64,000 nt of DNA from a virus. The notes beneath the pieces are model-generated. The model searched no databases. It worked only from the letters and a program-made list of their open reading frames with translations, and had not been told where the DNA came from. The stretch spans positions 6,966-70,965 of the IMG/VR virus record IMGVR_UViG_3300032050_000093; one strand, written 5' to 3'. Below are positions 31,889 through 41,784 of this stretch, piece after piece. Every line of letters begins with the position of its first letter. Positions within the stretch are counted from its first letter, which is position 1. Both the position numbers and the translations under genes were made by a program.

Positions 31889-32944
31889 TTAACAAGTTGG
31901 ACAACTAGAACTATTTGATGGTGCAATTGTTACAAAACTATCAGGTGATGTTGGTAAATTCCTTGAACATATATATACTGGTGTTCCAATAGAAACAGTT
32001 GAATTTGTAACTGTTCCTGAACAATTTGTATATGTAAATGGTGATGGACTAGGTGTAACAGATACTGTTTGACTACTATTACACCAATACATTTCTGTGA
32101 CAGATCCACCAGCACCAGCACCACTATAATCACCACCTCTTGTTATAATTAAATTTGACCCACTAACTGTTGAGCTACCACCTTGTTCAGCTACACCATC
32201 ATTTATATAATATGGATTATTTTGTAAAATATTTTTAATTTCATTTAAAATACAAGTATGAGATGTACATGCCCCCACAGTATAGCTAAATCCTATCATA
32301 CTTCCACAATACCAAGTGTTACTACCATTGATTCCACCACCACCATCAATAAGATAAGCTGGTTGTATACTAAAATTTAGAACATCTCCTGTGACAAAAG
32401 TACCATTTAAAGTTATTGTTAATGTTTTATAAAATCCTGTTGTACTATCGAGTGAAGAAAGTGATGTTGTTACAGATTTAGATGGTGATGGATTAACAGA
32501 AGAATTATTAAAATTATTTATTATAGAATAGCATGTACATGGTGGTTGAGTTGTAGTACTTGTCGTTGTACTTGTTGAAGTTGATGTAGATGTACTAGTT
32601 GATGTAGATGTACTGGTTGATGTGCTAGTAGTTGATGTAGTAGACGTACTAGTTGAAGTAGATGTTGAGGTAGAAGTAGATGTTGAAGTAGATGTTGTCG
32701 TTGGAGGTGGTGGAGGAGGTATTAAATCATAAATTTTAACAAATGGATTCTCACAATCATTACACATTGCCCCTGTTGATCTAACATATATTTTTGTTGC
32801 ACTCCAATTAACTTGAATTAAAACACCATCAATAAGTTGTTGTCTTGTAACTTTATACGGAATAGTTAATCCAAAATTATCAGATAATATAAAATTAGGA
32901 CCTAATCCTGCACCTAATGGTGATATTTTAAAAAGAATAAACAT
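31889..32944 (-). CDS. Thr/Ser mucin-like virion protein
   Basis: 351 aa. GPNF N-domain, poly-Pro plus about 50-residue (TS)n tract, CTCY module. Confidence 0.65.
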   Translation of the reverse strand: MFILFKISPLGAGLGPNFILSDNFGLTIPYKVTRQQLIDGVLIQVNWSATKIYVRSTGAMCNDCENPFVKIYDLIPPPPPPTTTSTSTSTSTSTSTSTSTSTTSTTSTSTSTSTSTSTSTSTSTSTTTSTTTQPPCTCYSIINNFNNSSVNPSPSKSVTTSLSSLDSTTGFYKTLTITLNGTFVTGDVLNFSIQPAYLIDGGGGINGSNTWYCGSMIGFSYTVGACTSHTCILNEIKNILQNNPYYINDGVAEQGGSSTVSGSNLIITRGGDYSGAGAGGSVTEMYWCNSSQTVSVTPSPSPFTYTNCSGTVTNSTVSIGTPVYICSRNLPTSPDSFVTIAPSNSSSCPTC

Positions 32945-32964
32945 TTTTTAATTAGTTAAAAATA

Positions 32965-34878
32965 TTAACAGGATGGACAACCTGGCTCTAATGATACCAT
33001 TATTTGTACATAATTATCAGGAGAAACTGGAGTATTATTGGCACATACATAAACTGTTTGACCAGATGCAACTGTACCATTTACACTAGCGTTAGAACAA
33101 TTCAAATAATTAAAACTAGATGGTGGTGGTGTTACAAAAGATTGACCAAAGTTACACCATGCATATCGTACAATGTCTCCAGCATTATCAGTGTATCCTC
33201 TAACTATTGTTAATTGATTACCAGAAATTGTGGACGATGAACCTATTTCACCACTGATAGGTAAGGATTGATTGTTAAAAGCTGTTTGTAATCCACTTAA
33301 TATAGATGCTATTGTTGCACCAGCAGGTACAGTGTATGTAATAGTTTTATTAGTACAGAAGGGTATACAGAAAAAGTCAACACCTAGCTCTCCTGTGTTT
33401 ATAGTAATTACATCACCTTGCACAAAGGTACCTGTTAATGTTATTGTTAATGTTTTTGGATAAGTTGATGAGGCATCTCCACAGAATTGTTCTGTGTTAC
33501 TATAAGTGACTGAAATATCCCTAGATGGGTTAGGATTGAGACCAAAGTTGTTAAAATTGTTTGTTATTGAGTAACAATTACATCCAGCAACTGGGGTAAT
33601 TATCGGTGTTCCACAAAGAGCTATTGTATTACCATCCTCAGTAATTGTGGTTGAGTTACCATAAGAACATACACGTCCCGTATTTTCAACATAGTTAGAT
33701 ATACCTACATTTCCCCAAGTTGCATCATTTGTAACTACAGGAATTGTTGTTCCATCATTAAAATTACTATCAATTAAATTTTGTGCTGTCCATACTTGAT
33801 TTCCTATTTTAACAGTTATATAAGATCTATTGTTTCCTATATAACGGGGTAATAAAGGATGCGTGTTACATGTAGCGCCATCAGGTAAAGATTGTTCTGC
33901 AGATGTGACAGGTCTAACAAGACGAATGTACAAACCAGCTAGTTTATCAGCACCTAATCTATCAATATGTGAAAAAGCACCTAAAAAATCACGAGTCCAA
34001 ACTAACTTACCAACAATAGCTTCATTAGCATTACTTGGCCACTCGGTAGTGCTCCAAAATCCAGTTAAGTCATTGAGAGAATTAAATAGCCCACTACCCT
34101 TTCCCCATCTTTGTCCTCCACCAACAACTGAGAAATTATACTGATTTGTTGCTGAAGAGTTATTATCCCAAGTACCACTACCTACTTCAATTGGAGCAGA
34201 ACAACGGGTTTTAAGTTTATCACCACCTGTTGCACTTGTAGGTGTTGTTGCATTAGCGTTTGGATCGTAAGAAGGATCAATATACCCAATTAAATTATTC
34301 CAATCTGCATCAGAAGGAACCCTCCAATCATTTCTTTGATCTGTATATATAGGATCTGTTGGCCTTGGTCTTTGTTGAGTATTTACAATACCTCCAAGGT
34401 TTCTACCTCCATTGTTTCTAGTACCTGTTCCAAATATCGCAAACCAGTTGTACAAGTAACCATACCCCTCATACGTAACACCACAAATTGGATCTGCACA
34501 AGGAGCTGCAGTTGTTGTGCTTGTTGTAGTCGAGGTACTTGTAGAGGTGGAAGTTGAGGTGGAAGTTGATGTGGACGTGCTAGTTGATGTGGAGGTGCTA
34601 GTTGATGTGGAGGTGGTAGTGCTTGTACTAGTGCTTGGTATAGGAACATCTATACTTGTTGTACATAATCCCCCTGTTGACTGGATATTTAGGCTGGTTG
34701 CAGATGCTATAACATTTACAGAGATGCCATTTAATAGTTGAGTCAAACTAATGGAGTTTGGACTAACTGTACCAGCCGGAGTGCTGACAATATTGAACGA
34801 AGGTCCTATGTCAGAGCCTGGTGGTAAACTATTCATTTGTACAAATACTTGCATTCTAAATTTATTATATTTTAACAA
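32965..34878 (-). CDS. Mucin-linker protein with (permuted) FISUMP / Fib_succ_major domain
   Basis: YGYLYNWFA, WRVPSDADW, FWSTT, IRLVR and YITVKIGNQVWTAQNL motifs. True start is probably the internal Met (MQVFVQ, about 34854). Confidence 0.75.
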   Translation of the reverse strand: MLKYNKFRMQVFVQMNSLPPGSDIGPSFNIVSTPAGTVSPNSISLTQLLNGISVNVIASATSLNIQSTGGLCTTSIDVPIPSTSTSTTTSTSTSTSTSTSTSTSTSTSTSTSTSTSTTTSTTTAAPCADPICGVTYEGYGYLYNWFAIFGTGTRNNGGRNLGGIVNTQQRPRPTDPIYTDQRNDWRVPSDADWNNLIGYIDPSYDPNANATTPTSATGGDKLKTRCSAPIEVGSGTWDNNSSATNQYNFSVVGGGQRWGKGSGLFNSLNDLTGFWSTTEWPSNANEAIVGKLVWTRDFLGAFSHIDRLGADKLAGLYIRLVRPVTSAEQSLPDGATCNTHPLLPRYIGNNRSYITVKIGNQVWTAQNLIDSNFNDGTTIPVVTNDATWGNVGISNYVENTGRVCSYGNSTTITEDGNTIALCGTPIITPVAGCNCYSITNNFNNFGLNPNPSRDISVTYSNTEQFCGDASSTYPKTLTITLTGTFVQGDVITINTGELGVDFFCIPFCTNKTITYTVPAGATIASILSGLQTAFNNQSLPISGEIGSSSTISGNQLTIVRGYTDNAGDIVRYAWCNFGQSFVTPPPSSFNYLNCSNASVNGTVASGQTVYVCANNTPVSPDNYVQIMVSLEPGCPSC

Positions 34879-36008
34879 CTAGTTCCATCACAATCACAGA
34901 AACCATTATTTAAACAGTATAGAAGTATGCTTACTTGGTCACCACTATTAATATCAACATCTATAATATCTATAACAGGAGCAAGATTAAGTGCATTAAG
35001 ACACACACCATCGTATTCTACATAATTGGAAGGTACAGTAAAACTTCCTGAAGGAGTACCAACTCTTACTTTTGCATATACACAAGTTAAATTAGCATTT
35101 CTAAAACTTATACTTACTGCAAGATCAAATAAACCATTTCCTTTAGATGTTGCAGATACACCAGTTTTACGCCCACTTTGAGTTGATGCTAAAGGATAGT
35201 TTGATTCACAACCATCATTATTAAATTGACCACACCCAGTACTACTAAATTGTAATGGACTTATTGAATTTCCTTGTACAGTAACTCCATTTATGTTAGG
35301 ACATGTACCACCAGCTCCAGATGTACATCCACCAATAAGCTGATTCATTATATTACATGTTAAATTACTTACTGTTTTTTGGTTGTTACATGCTGCGTTT
35401 TTAGTATATGGGAAAGGAGCACTTGATCCAGACCCACCACCTGTACATAGTGTTGTAGCTCTTATATGTGTCACATTAGCTGGAAGACTAGACAAAGAAA
35501 CAATGTTAGGTGATGTACAAGGATCTGGGCTAAAGTCACTAAATGGTCCACCTGCACCAGTTGTTGAATATCCTATTCTTAGTCCACTACATGAAGGACA
35601 AGGTGAGCTAGGATAACTAATAGCTACAGAAATTGTACAGTTGGTTGAATTTTCAGTAATTCCAGTTATTGTAGGAGCACAACACGGATTTGTAGTAGTA
35701 CTTGTAGTAGAAGTAGAAGTACTAGTAGAAGTGCTTGTAGACGTACTAGTACTAGTAGAAGTACTTGTGGATGTAGTAGGAGGTGCAGAAATTGTTACAT
35801 TTGTAGTATTTGTACATACCCCAGTTGACTGTAATTCTAGAGATGTTACATTATTATTTACAGTAACATCCACACCATTTGTATTTAATAATTGAGCAAG
35901 TGTTACTTGAGGAGGTGTTACAGTACCAGCTGGAGTAGTAATGACATTAAAAGTTGGTCCTACATCAGAATCAACAGGTAAATTTGTCATTTTTAAATTA
36001 ACTATCAT
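34872..36008 (-). CDS. Thr/Ser mucin-like Cys-rich virion protein with Ig/FN3-like modules
   Basis: 378 aa. GPTF N-domain, (TS)n linker, CCAPTITGI beta-rich module. Confidence 0.6.
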   Translation of the reverse strand: MIVNLKMTNLPVDSDVGPTFNVITTPAGTVTPPQVTLAQLLNTNGVDVTVNNNVTSLELQSTGVCTNTTNVTISAPPTTSTSTSTSTSTSTSTSTSTSTSTTSTTTNPCCAPTITGITENSTNCTISVAISYPSSPCPSCSGLRIGYSTTGAGGPFSDFSPDPCTSPNIVSLSSLPANVTHIRATTLCTGGGSGSSAPFPYTKNAACNNQKTVSNLTCNIMNQLIGGCTSGAGGTCPNINGVTVQGNSISPLQFSSTGCGQFNNDGCESNYPLASTQSGRKTGVSATSKGNGLFDLAVSISFRNANLTCVYAKVRVGTPSGSFTVPSNYVEYDGVCLNALNLAPVIDIIDVDINSGDQVSILLYCLNNGFCDCDGTSC

Positions 36009-36030
36009 TACTGTCTAAATTTATTATATT

Positions 36031-37857
36031 TTAACTTGGTACACCACAAAGTTCAACAGTACCATTAGTTTGAACAATTGTGTTGTTATAAGAACATCTT
36101 GCACCTGCTAATAGTCCACCCCATGCTGTATTATCTGTAACTTCAGGAATTGGTGCACCATCATTATATTCTTCATCTATTAAATTTTGAGCTGTCCAAA
36201 CTTGATTTCCTATCTTCACTGTAATATATGTTCTACTATTTCCTATATAATGAGGTAATAATAAATTGTCATTACTTGTTGTACCATCAGGAAGTGCTTG
36301 TTCAGCAACTGTTGCAGGTCTTACTAAACGAATAGAACAACCGTTTCGCTTATTGCCAGTGTTAATCCTGATTAGATTGGTATTATTAAAAACCAGGCCA
36401 CGGAACCAGGCAGTGTTAGTATCGTTATCGTTCTCCGTAGAACTCCACAAGTAACACTGGGTGCCAATGGAGAAGAATGAGCCATTGCTAGGACGGTAGC
36501 CACCAGGAACACTTGCAAAGTTTACCTCATTTGTTGCTACTACAACTGTAATTGTATCCCATAATCCATTATTAGTACCAAAAGGATTAGTACAAGTAGT
36601 TTTTAATTTTCCACCTGCAACTGCACTTTGACTACCTATTGCATTTGGATCACAAGATGGATCTAAGTAAACTATAAGTGTATTCCAATTAGCATCACTT
36701 GGAACAACCCAAGTGTTTGGAGCACCTCCTGGTTGTGATGTATTAACTATACCACCTACATTTCTACCATCAACTACTGAAGGTATTGGTAATGTACCAT
36801 TACCATATATTGCAAACCAATTATATAAATATCCATACCCTTCATATGTCTCTCCACAAATTGCTGTTGAACAAGGATTTGTTGTTGTGCTTGTTGTAGT
36901 CGAGGTACTCGTTGATGTACTTGTGGATGTACTTGTGGATGTACTGGTTGATGTGCTAGTTGATGTTGCATTAACAGTTGCTACAATTGTTCCAAACGTA
37001 CAATTTAAAGGACAATCCCCAAAAACACTACTTATATCTTCTACTGTTGATGTTTCTTCCCAATCATCATTTATTGCATTTTCACTTGTTGTACTTCCTA
37101 ATAATACATCTCCATCAAATAAATCATATTTGTCTGAAAAAGGATTCCATACTATTTTTCCATCTGTGTAATCTGAATCAAATGTTATATAATAAGGTTT
37201 GCATCCTTCTGTATTTTCATCCGTACATTCTTCCCATGGTAAATCAAAACATGTATCGCAAAATGAGTAGAATTGAGCTTTAAATGTATCCCCATTGTCA
37301 TCCGTTGCTGTAACACATATTTTTTCTGGACATGTTAATCTTGTTACTACAGATTGAATATTTGGATTTAATACATCCCATGAATTACACTTAGGTCCTA
37401 TTGGCAATTCCATATTTTTATCTAAAGTGGCAACAATTACTGATGGACTAGCTAAATTAACTAGCACCCAATTTGTATTATTCCAATAAATTCTATATTT
37501 AATTGCACCATAATAAAAATCAAAATAAACTTTTCCATTAATGTAAGAATATGCAGAAACTATGTTTACAAATTCTACACTTGGACTTGGTCCTGTAGAA
37601 GGTATAATATTAATACACAATGTTTTAGAAGGAACAGGATCTGGTACATTTATATCAAAATCAATATTACACGTGCCTGTAGATTTAATTGTAATTTTAT
37701 TAGCATTATTGTTGCTTAATATAAAATCTTTTCCTACTAATAATTCATCTTTTGTAGCTGTAGATGGACTTATTGTACCAGCATCAACAAATAGTTGAAA
37801 AACGTTGCTCACATCAAATCCAACTTCTTCAATTTTTATAGTAACAATAAGAGACAT
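36031..37857 (-). CDS. Mucin-linker protein with (permuted) FISUMP domain, candidate receptor-binding protein
   Basis: YGYLYNWFA, WVVPSDANW, FASVPGGYR, LWSSTE, AWFR, SIRLVR, then YITVKIGNQVWTAQNL. Confidence 0.75.
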   Translation of the reverse strand: MSLIVTIKIEEVGFDVSNVFQLFVDAGTISPSTATKDELLVGKDFILSNNNANKITIKSTGTCNIDFDINVPDPVPSKTLCINIIPSTGPSPSVEFVNIVSAYSYINGKVYFDFYYGAIKYRIYWNNTNWVLVNLASPSVIVATLDKNMELPIGPKCNSWDVLNPNIQSVVTRLTCPEKICVTATDDNGDTFKAQFYSFCDTCFDLPWEECTDENTEGCKPYYITFDSDYTDGKIVWNPFSDKYDLFDGDVLLGSTTSENAINDDWEETSTVEDISSVFGDCPLNCTFGTIVATVNATSTSTSTSTSTSTSTSTSTSTSTTTSTTTNPCSTAICGETYEGYGYLYNWFAIYGNGTLPIPSVVDGRNVGGIVNTSQPGGAPNTWVVPSDANWNTLIVYLDPSCDPNAIGSQSAVAGGKLKTTCTNPFGTNNGLWDTITVVVATNEVNFASVPGGYRPSNGSFFSIGTQCYLWSSTENDNDTNTAWFRGLVFNNTNLIRINTGNKRNGCSIRLVRPATVAEQALPDGTTSNDNLLLPHYIGNSRTYITVKIGNQVWTAQNLIDEEYNDGAPIPEVTDNTAWGGLLAGARCSYNNTIVQTNGTVELCGVPS

Positions 37858-37889
37858 TTATAATTTTTATTATAATTTTAATATATTAG

Positions 37890-38723
37890 TTATGGAGTAG
37901 GTGAAAGACCACAACCTGGACAATTACTGTAGTCAGGATTAGTTGGAAGTACTAATGATGCTACAATATGACTCATACAATCAACTGGTCCTGATGTACC
38001 ACCCTGTAAAAACGGTTGTGAATTTTTCTTAACACAAACGTATATAGGAGAAAAAAGTGTACCAGAATTAAAAAGTATTAATTCATCTACAACATTTTCT
38101 CCAAAACAGTTAATATATCTAACAGTTCCACTACAGTCATCAGGAAGACCTATAGCATAACAATCACACCCAGGAAATGGAGGTGCTGCTGTTGTTGTAG
38201 AAGTAGATGTACTAGTTGTCGTACTTGTTGTTGTACTAGTTGAAGTACTAGTAGAAGTACTGGTTGATGTACTTGTGGATGTTGATGTTGAACTTGTACT
38301 AGTAGAAGTACTCGTACTGGTTGATGTACTAGTAGTAGTAGTTGGAGGAATAGTTGTAGTGCTTGTAGTTGTAGGAGGAGGGGGTGGTATATAATAATCA
38401 ATATAACTAATTATCGCTTTAAATCTACAATCTGGAACTCTATCCCCATAATCACAACTACTTGAATCTCCAACATTTAATTTTTCTAATATTAAATTAA
38501 TTATATCTTCAAGATCTGCATCACTTGGTAAACCATAACATTCTAAAATTTCATTTTTTGGATCATCTGGGTCAACTTCTGGAAATATAATACATCTAGC
38601 ATCAATTGTTTCTTCACAAGGTGGAATAAATGGACCTGGAGGTGCAGGAACGCACGCTGTTGTCGTTGTTGTTTGATTAAAACAATCAGGACCATTTAAT
38701 GAATTTAAATTATTAGATGCCAC
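37890..38723 (-). CDS. Thr/Ser mucin-like Cys-rich protein
   Basis: 277 aa. PCEETIDARCII N-domain, about 60-residue T/S tract, CDCY module. GTG start. Confidence 0.6.
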   Translation of the reverse strand: MASNNLNSLNGPDCFNQTTTTTACVPAPPGPFIPPCEETIDARCIIFPEVDPDDPKNEILECYGLPSDADLEDIINLILEKLNVGDSSSCDYGDRVPDCRFKAIISYIDYYIPPPPPTTTSTTTIPPTTTTSTSTSTSTSTSTSSTSTSTSTSTSTSTSTSTSTTTSTTTSTSTSTTTAAPPFPGCDCYAIGLPDDCSGTVRYINCFGENVVDELILFNSGTLFSPIYVCVKKNSQPFLQGGTSGPVDCMSHIVASLVLPTNPDYSNCPGCGLSPTP

Positions 38724-38736
38724 TATTATTTAATCT

Positions 38737-39399
38737 TTAAGAATGTACTTGAATATATGTAGAAATACTTGTAATTGTTGTTTCAGTGGGTGAGCAAGAA
38801 ACAACTAATCCATTTTTTAATACTGTTAAAACATAATCTATTGCATCAGCTTTTGGTTTATCTTTTAAATATTCAAAAAGTTGACATAATAAAGTATTTC
38901 CATCAACTACTTTTTCATATATTCCTGTTTGATCTGCTCCTTCTAAATCAATTATATATTTTGAAAGTTCATCGTCATCAAAATATTTTATCATTTCATC
39001 TATACATTTTGTAAAACTATCGGGTGTACAACAACCTTTTAAATCAACCTCAGATATATCAATAGGATCTGTACCTGTTCCAAAAATATTCTTAATATTT
39101 ATAAAAGGTTCTCTAATAGTTCCATAATAGTTAAAACAACAATTTTCTGAAATATCAAATGTTTTTAAAAAATCAATAACACTATTATCAGCAGTACTTA
39201 AGTCTCCACCTAAAACATATAAATCATCACATGAATCACAACACACATCAGAATCATTTGGAAAAACATTATCCATATTTAAAACATCTTCAAATGTTTT
39301 ATTTGGATTTTGTGTTATATACCATTCTGCATATTCAATTAAAAATATAAATGGATTTATACATGTACATGTTCCTAAATCTAAACAATTTTGTTGCAT
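38737..39399 (-). CDS. Cys-rich paralog family protein 1
   Basis: CINPF..CCDSC..CC..GLVVSC pattern shared with the three upstream neighbours. Confidence 0.55.
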   Translation of the reverse strand: MQQNCLDLGTCTCINPFIFLIEYAEWYITQNPNKTFEDVLNMDNVFPNDSDVCCDSCDDLYVLGGDLSTADNSVIDFLKTFDISENCCFNYYGTIREPFINIKNIFGTGTDPIDISEVDLKGCCTPDSFTKCIDEMIKYFDDDELSKYIIDLEGADQTGIYEKVVDGNTLLCQLFEYLKDKPKADAIDYVLTVLKNGLVVSCSPTETTITSISTYIQVHS

Positions 39400-39409
39400 A
39401 ATTTTTATT

Positions 39410-40123
39410 TTATTGGATAAGTCCTTGTTCTACTAAACTTGTTTCAACACCAGATATAAATACTTTACCATTATAACATCTTATAACAATACCTTTATCA
39501 GTAACTCTATCTAAAATAGTAGCAATACATTCATTTAAATCTACTTTAGTTATTCTAAAAAATTCTATCAATTCACATATTTTAGTTTGTTGATTAGGCG
39601 CTAAATTTTCAACAATACCTTTATCAAGTAGAAGTCCTATTGTATCAGCATTAAAACATTGGTTATTACAACCAATATCTAAAATACACTTATTAAAATC
39701 ATTACAACAAGATAAATTAGAATCACAACTTGATACAGAATTATCATGAGCATCATCTCCTTGAATAGGCATTTTTAATGGAAATGCTGAAGATGAACCA
39801 ACTTGATTAATTCCAACAGCTTCCGCGTAAGTAAGCAATCTTTCTACACTTGCAAATATATTTACACAACAGTTAGTTTCATTTTGCAGATGTATATCTT
39901 TTGCCAAAACATATACTTTATACGTTTCAACACTTGCTAAAATATATTCACAATCATTGCAGCAAAAATCACAACTATTTGTAGTAAATCCTAAATCCTG
40001 TATTCTGTCAATAGTATCAAGTATAGACCAATCATATAATTTACTTAATTCAACAACTTTACATAAAAAATAACTAAAAGGATCAACGCATACTTTTGTT
40101 GTTGTTGTACAATTTATAAACAT
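39410..40123 (-). CDS. Cys-rich paralog family protein 2
   Basis: Repeated DRxxDxG / LLDKGIV and ASVET-like motifs. Confidence 0.55.
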   Translation of the reverse strand: MFINCTTTTKVCVDPFSYFLCKVVELSKLYDWSILDTIDRIQDLGFTTNSCDFCCNDCEYILASVETYKVYVLAKDIHLQNETNCCVNIFASVERLLTYAEAVGINQVGSSSAFPLKMPIQGDDAHDNSVSSCDSNLSCCNDFNKCILDIGCNNQCFNADTIGLLLDKGIVENLAPNQQTKICELIEFFRITKVDLNECIATILDRVTDKGIVIRCYNGKVFISGVETSLVEQGLIQ

Positions 40124-40158
40124 AATATTTTTTTTACAAAATTAATAATACTTTAGTA

Positions 40159-41019
40159 TTATAGTACAGTTGTTGTAGTAGTTGTTTGTCCAAGTGCTGG
40201 TACAGCAGCGGATTCAGTAAGTCCCATCTGTTCTCCATATTTAAGCCAAGTTTCAACGCTTCCTATTACAATTTCACCATTATCTGAACAAGATATAGTA
40301 ATACCTTTATCAAGTATACGATCTACAATATATGATCTACGATTTATATTTGCTGTTTCACCTAAATATTTATCTAACAAATCAACAAGTTTACAAAGAA
40401 CAAGATTATCAGTTTTTGAACAATTGTTATAAATTCCACCATATTCAATTACACCTTTATCCTGTAATCTATCAATTGATTCAGCAGCAAAACGACCTGC
40501 CGTAACCCAACAAATTAAATCATCCATACATTCATTAAATCCATTACAACATGTCATTAATTCTTTTGATGATAAACTTGGTGTAAATGTTGAATTTAAT
40601 GCTGGTACAGCAGCTAAAGGTGTTAAACCAATTTCACTAGCGTATTTGTCTAACCATGTTTCAATAGATGCAAAAACATTACTACAACATGGTGAATCAT
40701 TATTTATATAATAATTGTAATCACCCGAAAATTGTGGAGAAGCAGGTACAGCAGCACTTATTGTAAAGCCTAATCCTTCATAAAGTTTCATCATTGTTTC
40801 AACAGATGCTAAAGCATAAATACCTTCACAACTAGGACAACACATATTACAATTAGTTGTAACAATACCTTTATCAAGTATTCTATCTAATCCTTCTTCA
40901 AATAAAGATTTGTTATTAACACCAAGAGTTCCTTGATGTGCTAATTCAAAAATGTATTCTAAAGGATGAATACATTGAACACAGGGTCCAGATGTTGTTG
41001 TTGGTGTAGAGCAAGACAT
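40159..41019 (-). CDS. Cys-rich paralog family protein 3
   Basis: Three DR(I/L)(L/Q)DKG, three (A/G)S(V/I)ET and three AAVPA motifs, Thr-rich termini. Confidence 0.55.
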   Translation of the reverse strand: MSCSTPTTTSGPCVQCIHPLEYIFELAHQGTLGVNNKSLFEEGLDRILDKGIVTTNCNMCCPSCEGIYALASVETMMKLYEGLGFTISAAVPASPQFSGDYNYYINNDSPCCSNVFASIETWLDKYASEIGLTPLAAVPALNSTFTPSLSSKELMTCCNGFNECMDDLICWVTAGRFAAESIDRLQDKGVIEYGGIYNNCSKTDNLVLCKLVDLLDKYLGETANINRRSYIVDRILDKGITISCSDNGEIVIGSVETWLKYGEQMGLTESAAVPALGQTTTTTTVL

Positions 41020-41058
41020 AAATAAAATTTTTAAGTTTTAATAAATAAATAAATATTT

Positions 41059-41784
41059 TTAATAAATAATATCTTCTTCAAGAAGATCAAGTCCAATTCC
41101 AAATCCTCCATATGATCCTCCAGATGATCCTCCAGATAATGAATTTATAGTTGTGGTAGTAGTAGTCATAAATCTATTTGCATAAGTTGCATAAGAAGGA
41201 ACTGTCCCAATTATAGAAAATTTTCCATCACATGTTATTACTAATCCTTGACTTAAGATATAGTTAAATATAATATATAATAATTGTGGTGTATAAATTG
41301 GAGAATTTTGCGCTTCTATAATTAATTGACATATAATTGATATATTATTTATAGATGTATATTCAATAATTCCTTGATTTAACAACAGTTCATAAAATGT
41401 TGGTCCAAGAGCATCTTGTAATATTTGAAGACATGGACTAAAATTTGTATTACATGTTCCTGTGAATCCATTATCTAAAGGTGTTTGTATACCAGCAGTT
41501 CTTCCACAACATGGAAGGTTTTCACTAGGTTGAAGATTTGGAAATTCAACAGAAACAAAAGAACTATATGCAACATTATTACCAAAAAAATAAATATTTT
41601 CACAGTTTGGGCAAGCTACTCCACATTGTGTAGATACAATACCTTTATTAATAGAATTAAGTTGATAATTTAATGTAGAAGTGTTGACAATTTTACTACC
41701 ATCAAATATATTAAAAACCACATTACGTTTAGTCGTAGTAGTTGTTGTACTTGTTGATGTTGTTGATGTTGTTGTTACGGGCAT
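41059..41784 (-). CDS. Cys-rich paralog family protein 4 with Thr tracts
   Basis: NKGIV, QGIIEY and QGLVITC repeats. Poly-Thr near both ends. Confidence 0.55.
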   Translation of the reverse strand: MPVTTTSTTSTSTTTTTTKRNVVFNIFDGSKIVNTSTLNYQLNSINKGIVSTQCGVACPNCENIYFFGNNVAYSSFVSVEFPNLQPSENLPCCGRTAGIQTPLDNGFTGTCNTNFSPCLQILQDALGPTFYELLLNQGIIEYTSINNISIICQLIIEAQNSPIYTPQLLYIIFNYILSQGLVITCDGKFSIIGTVPSYATYANRFMTTTTTTINSLSGGSSGGSYGGFGIGLDLLEEDIIY

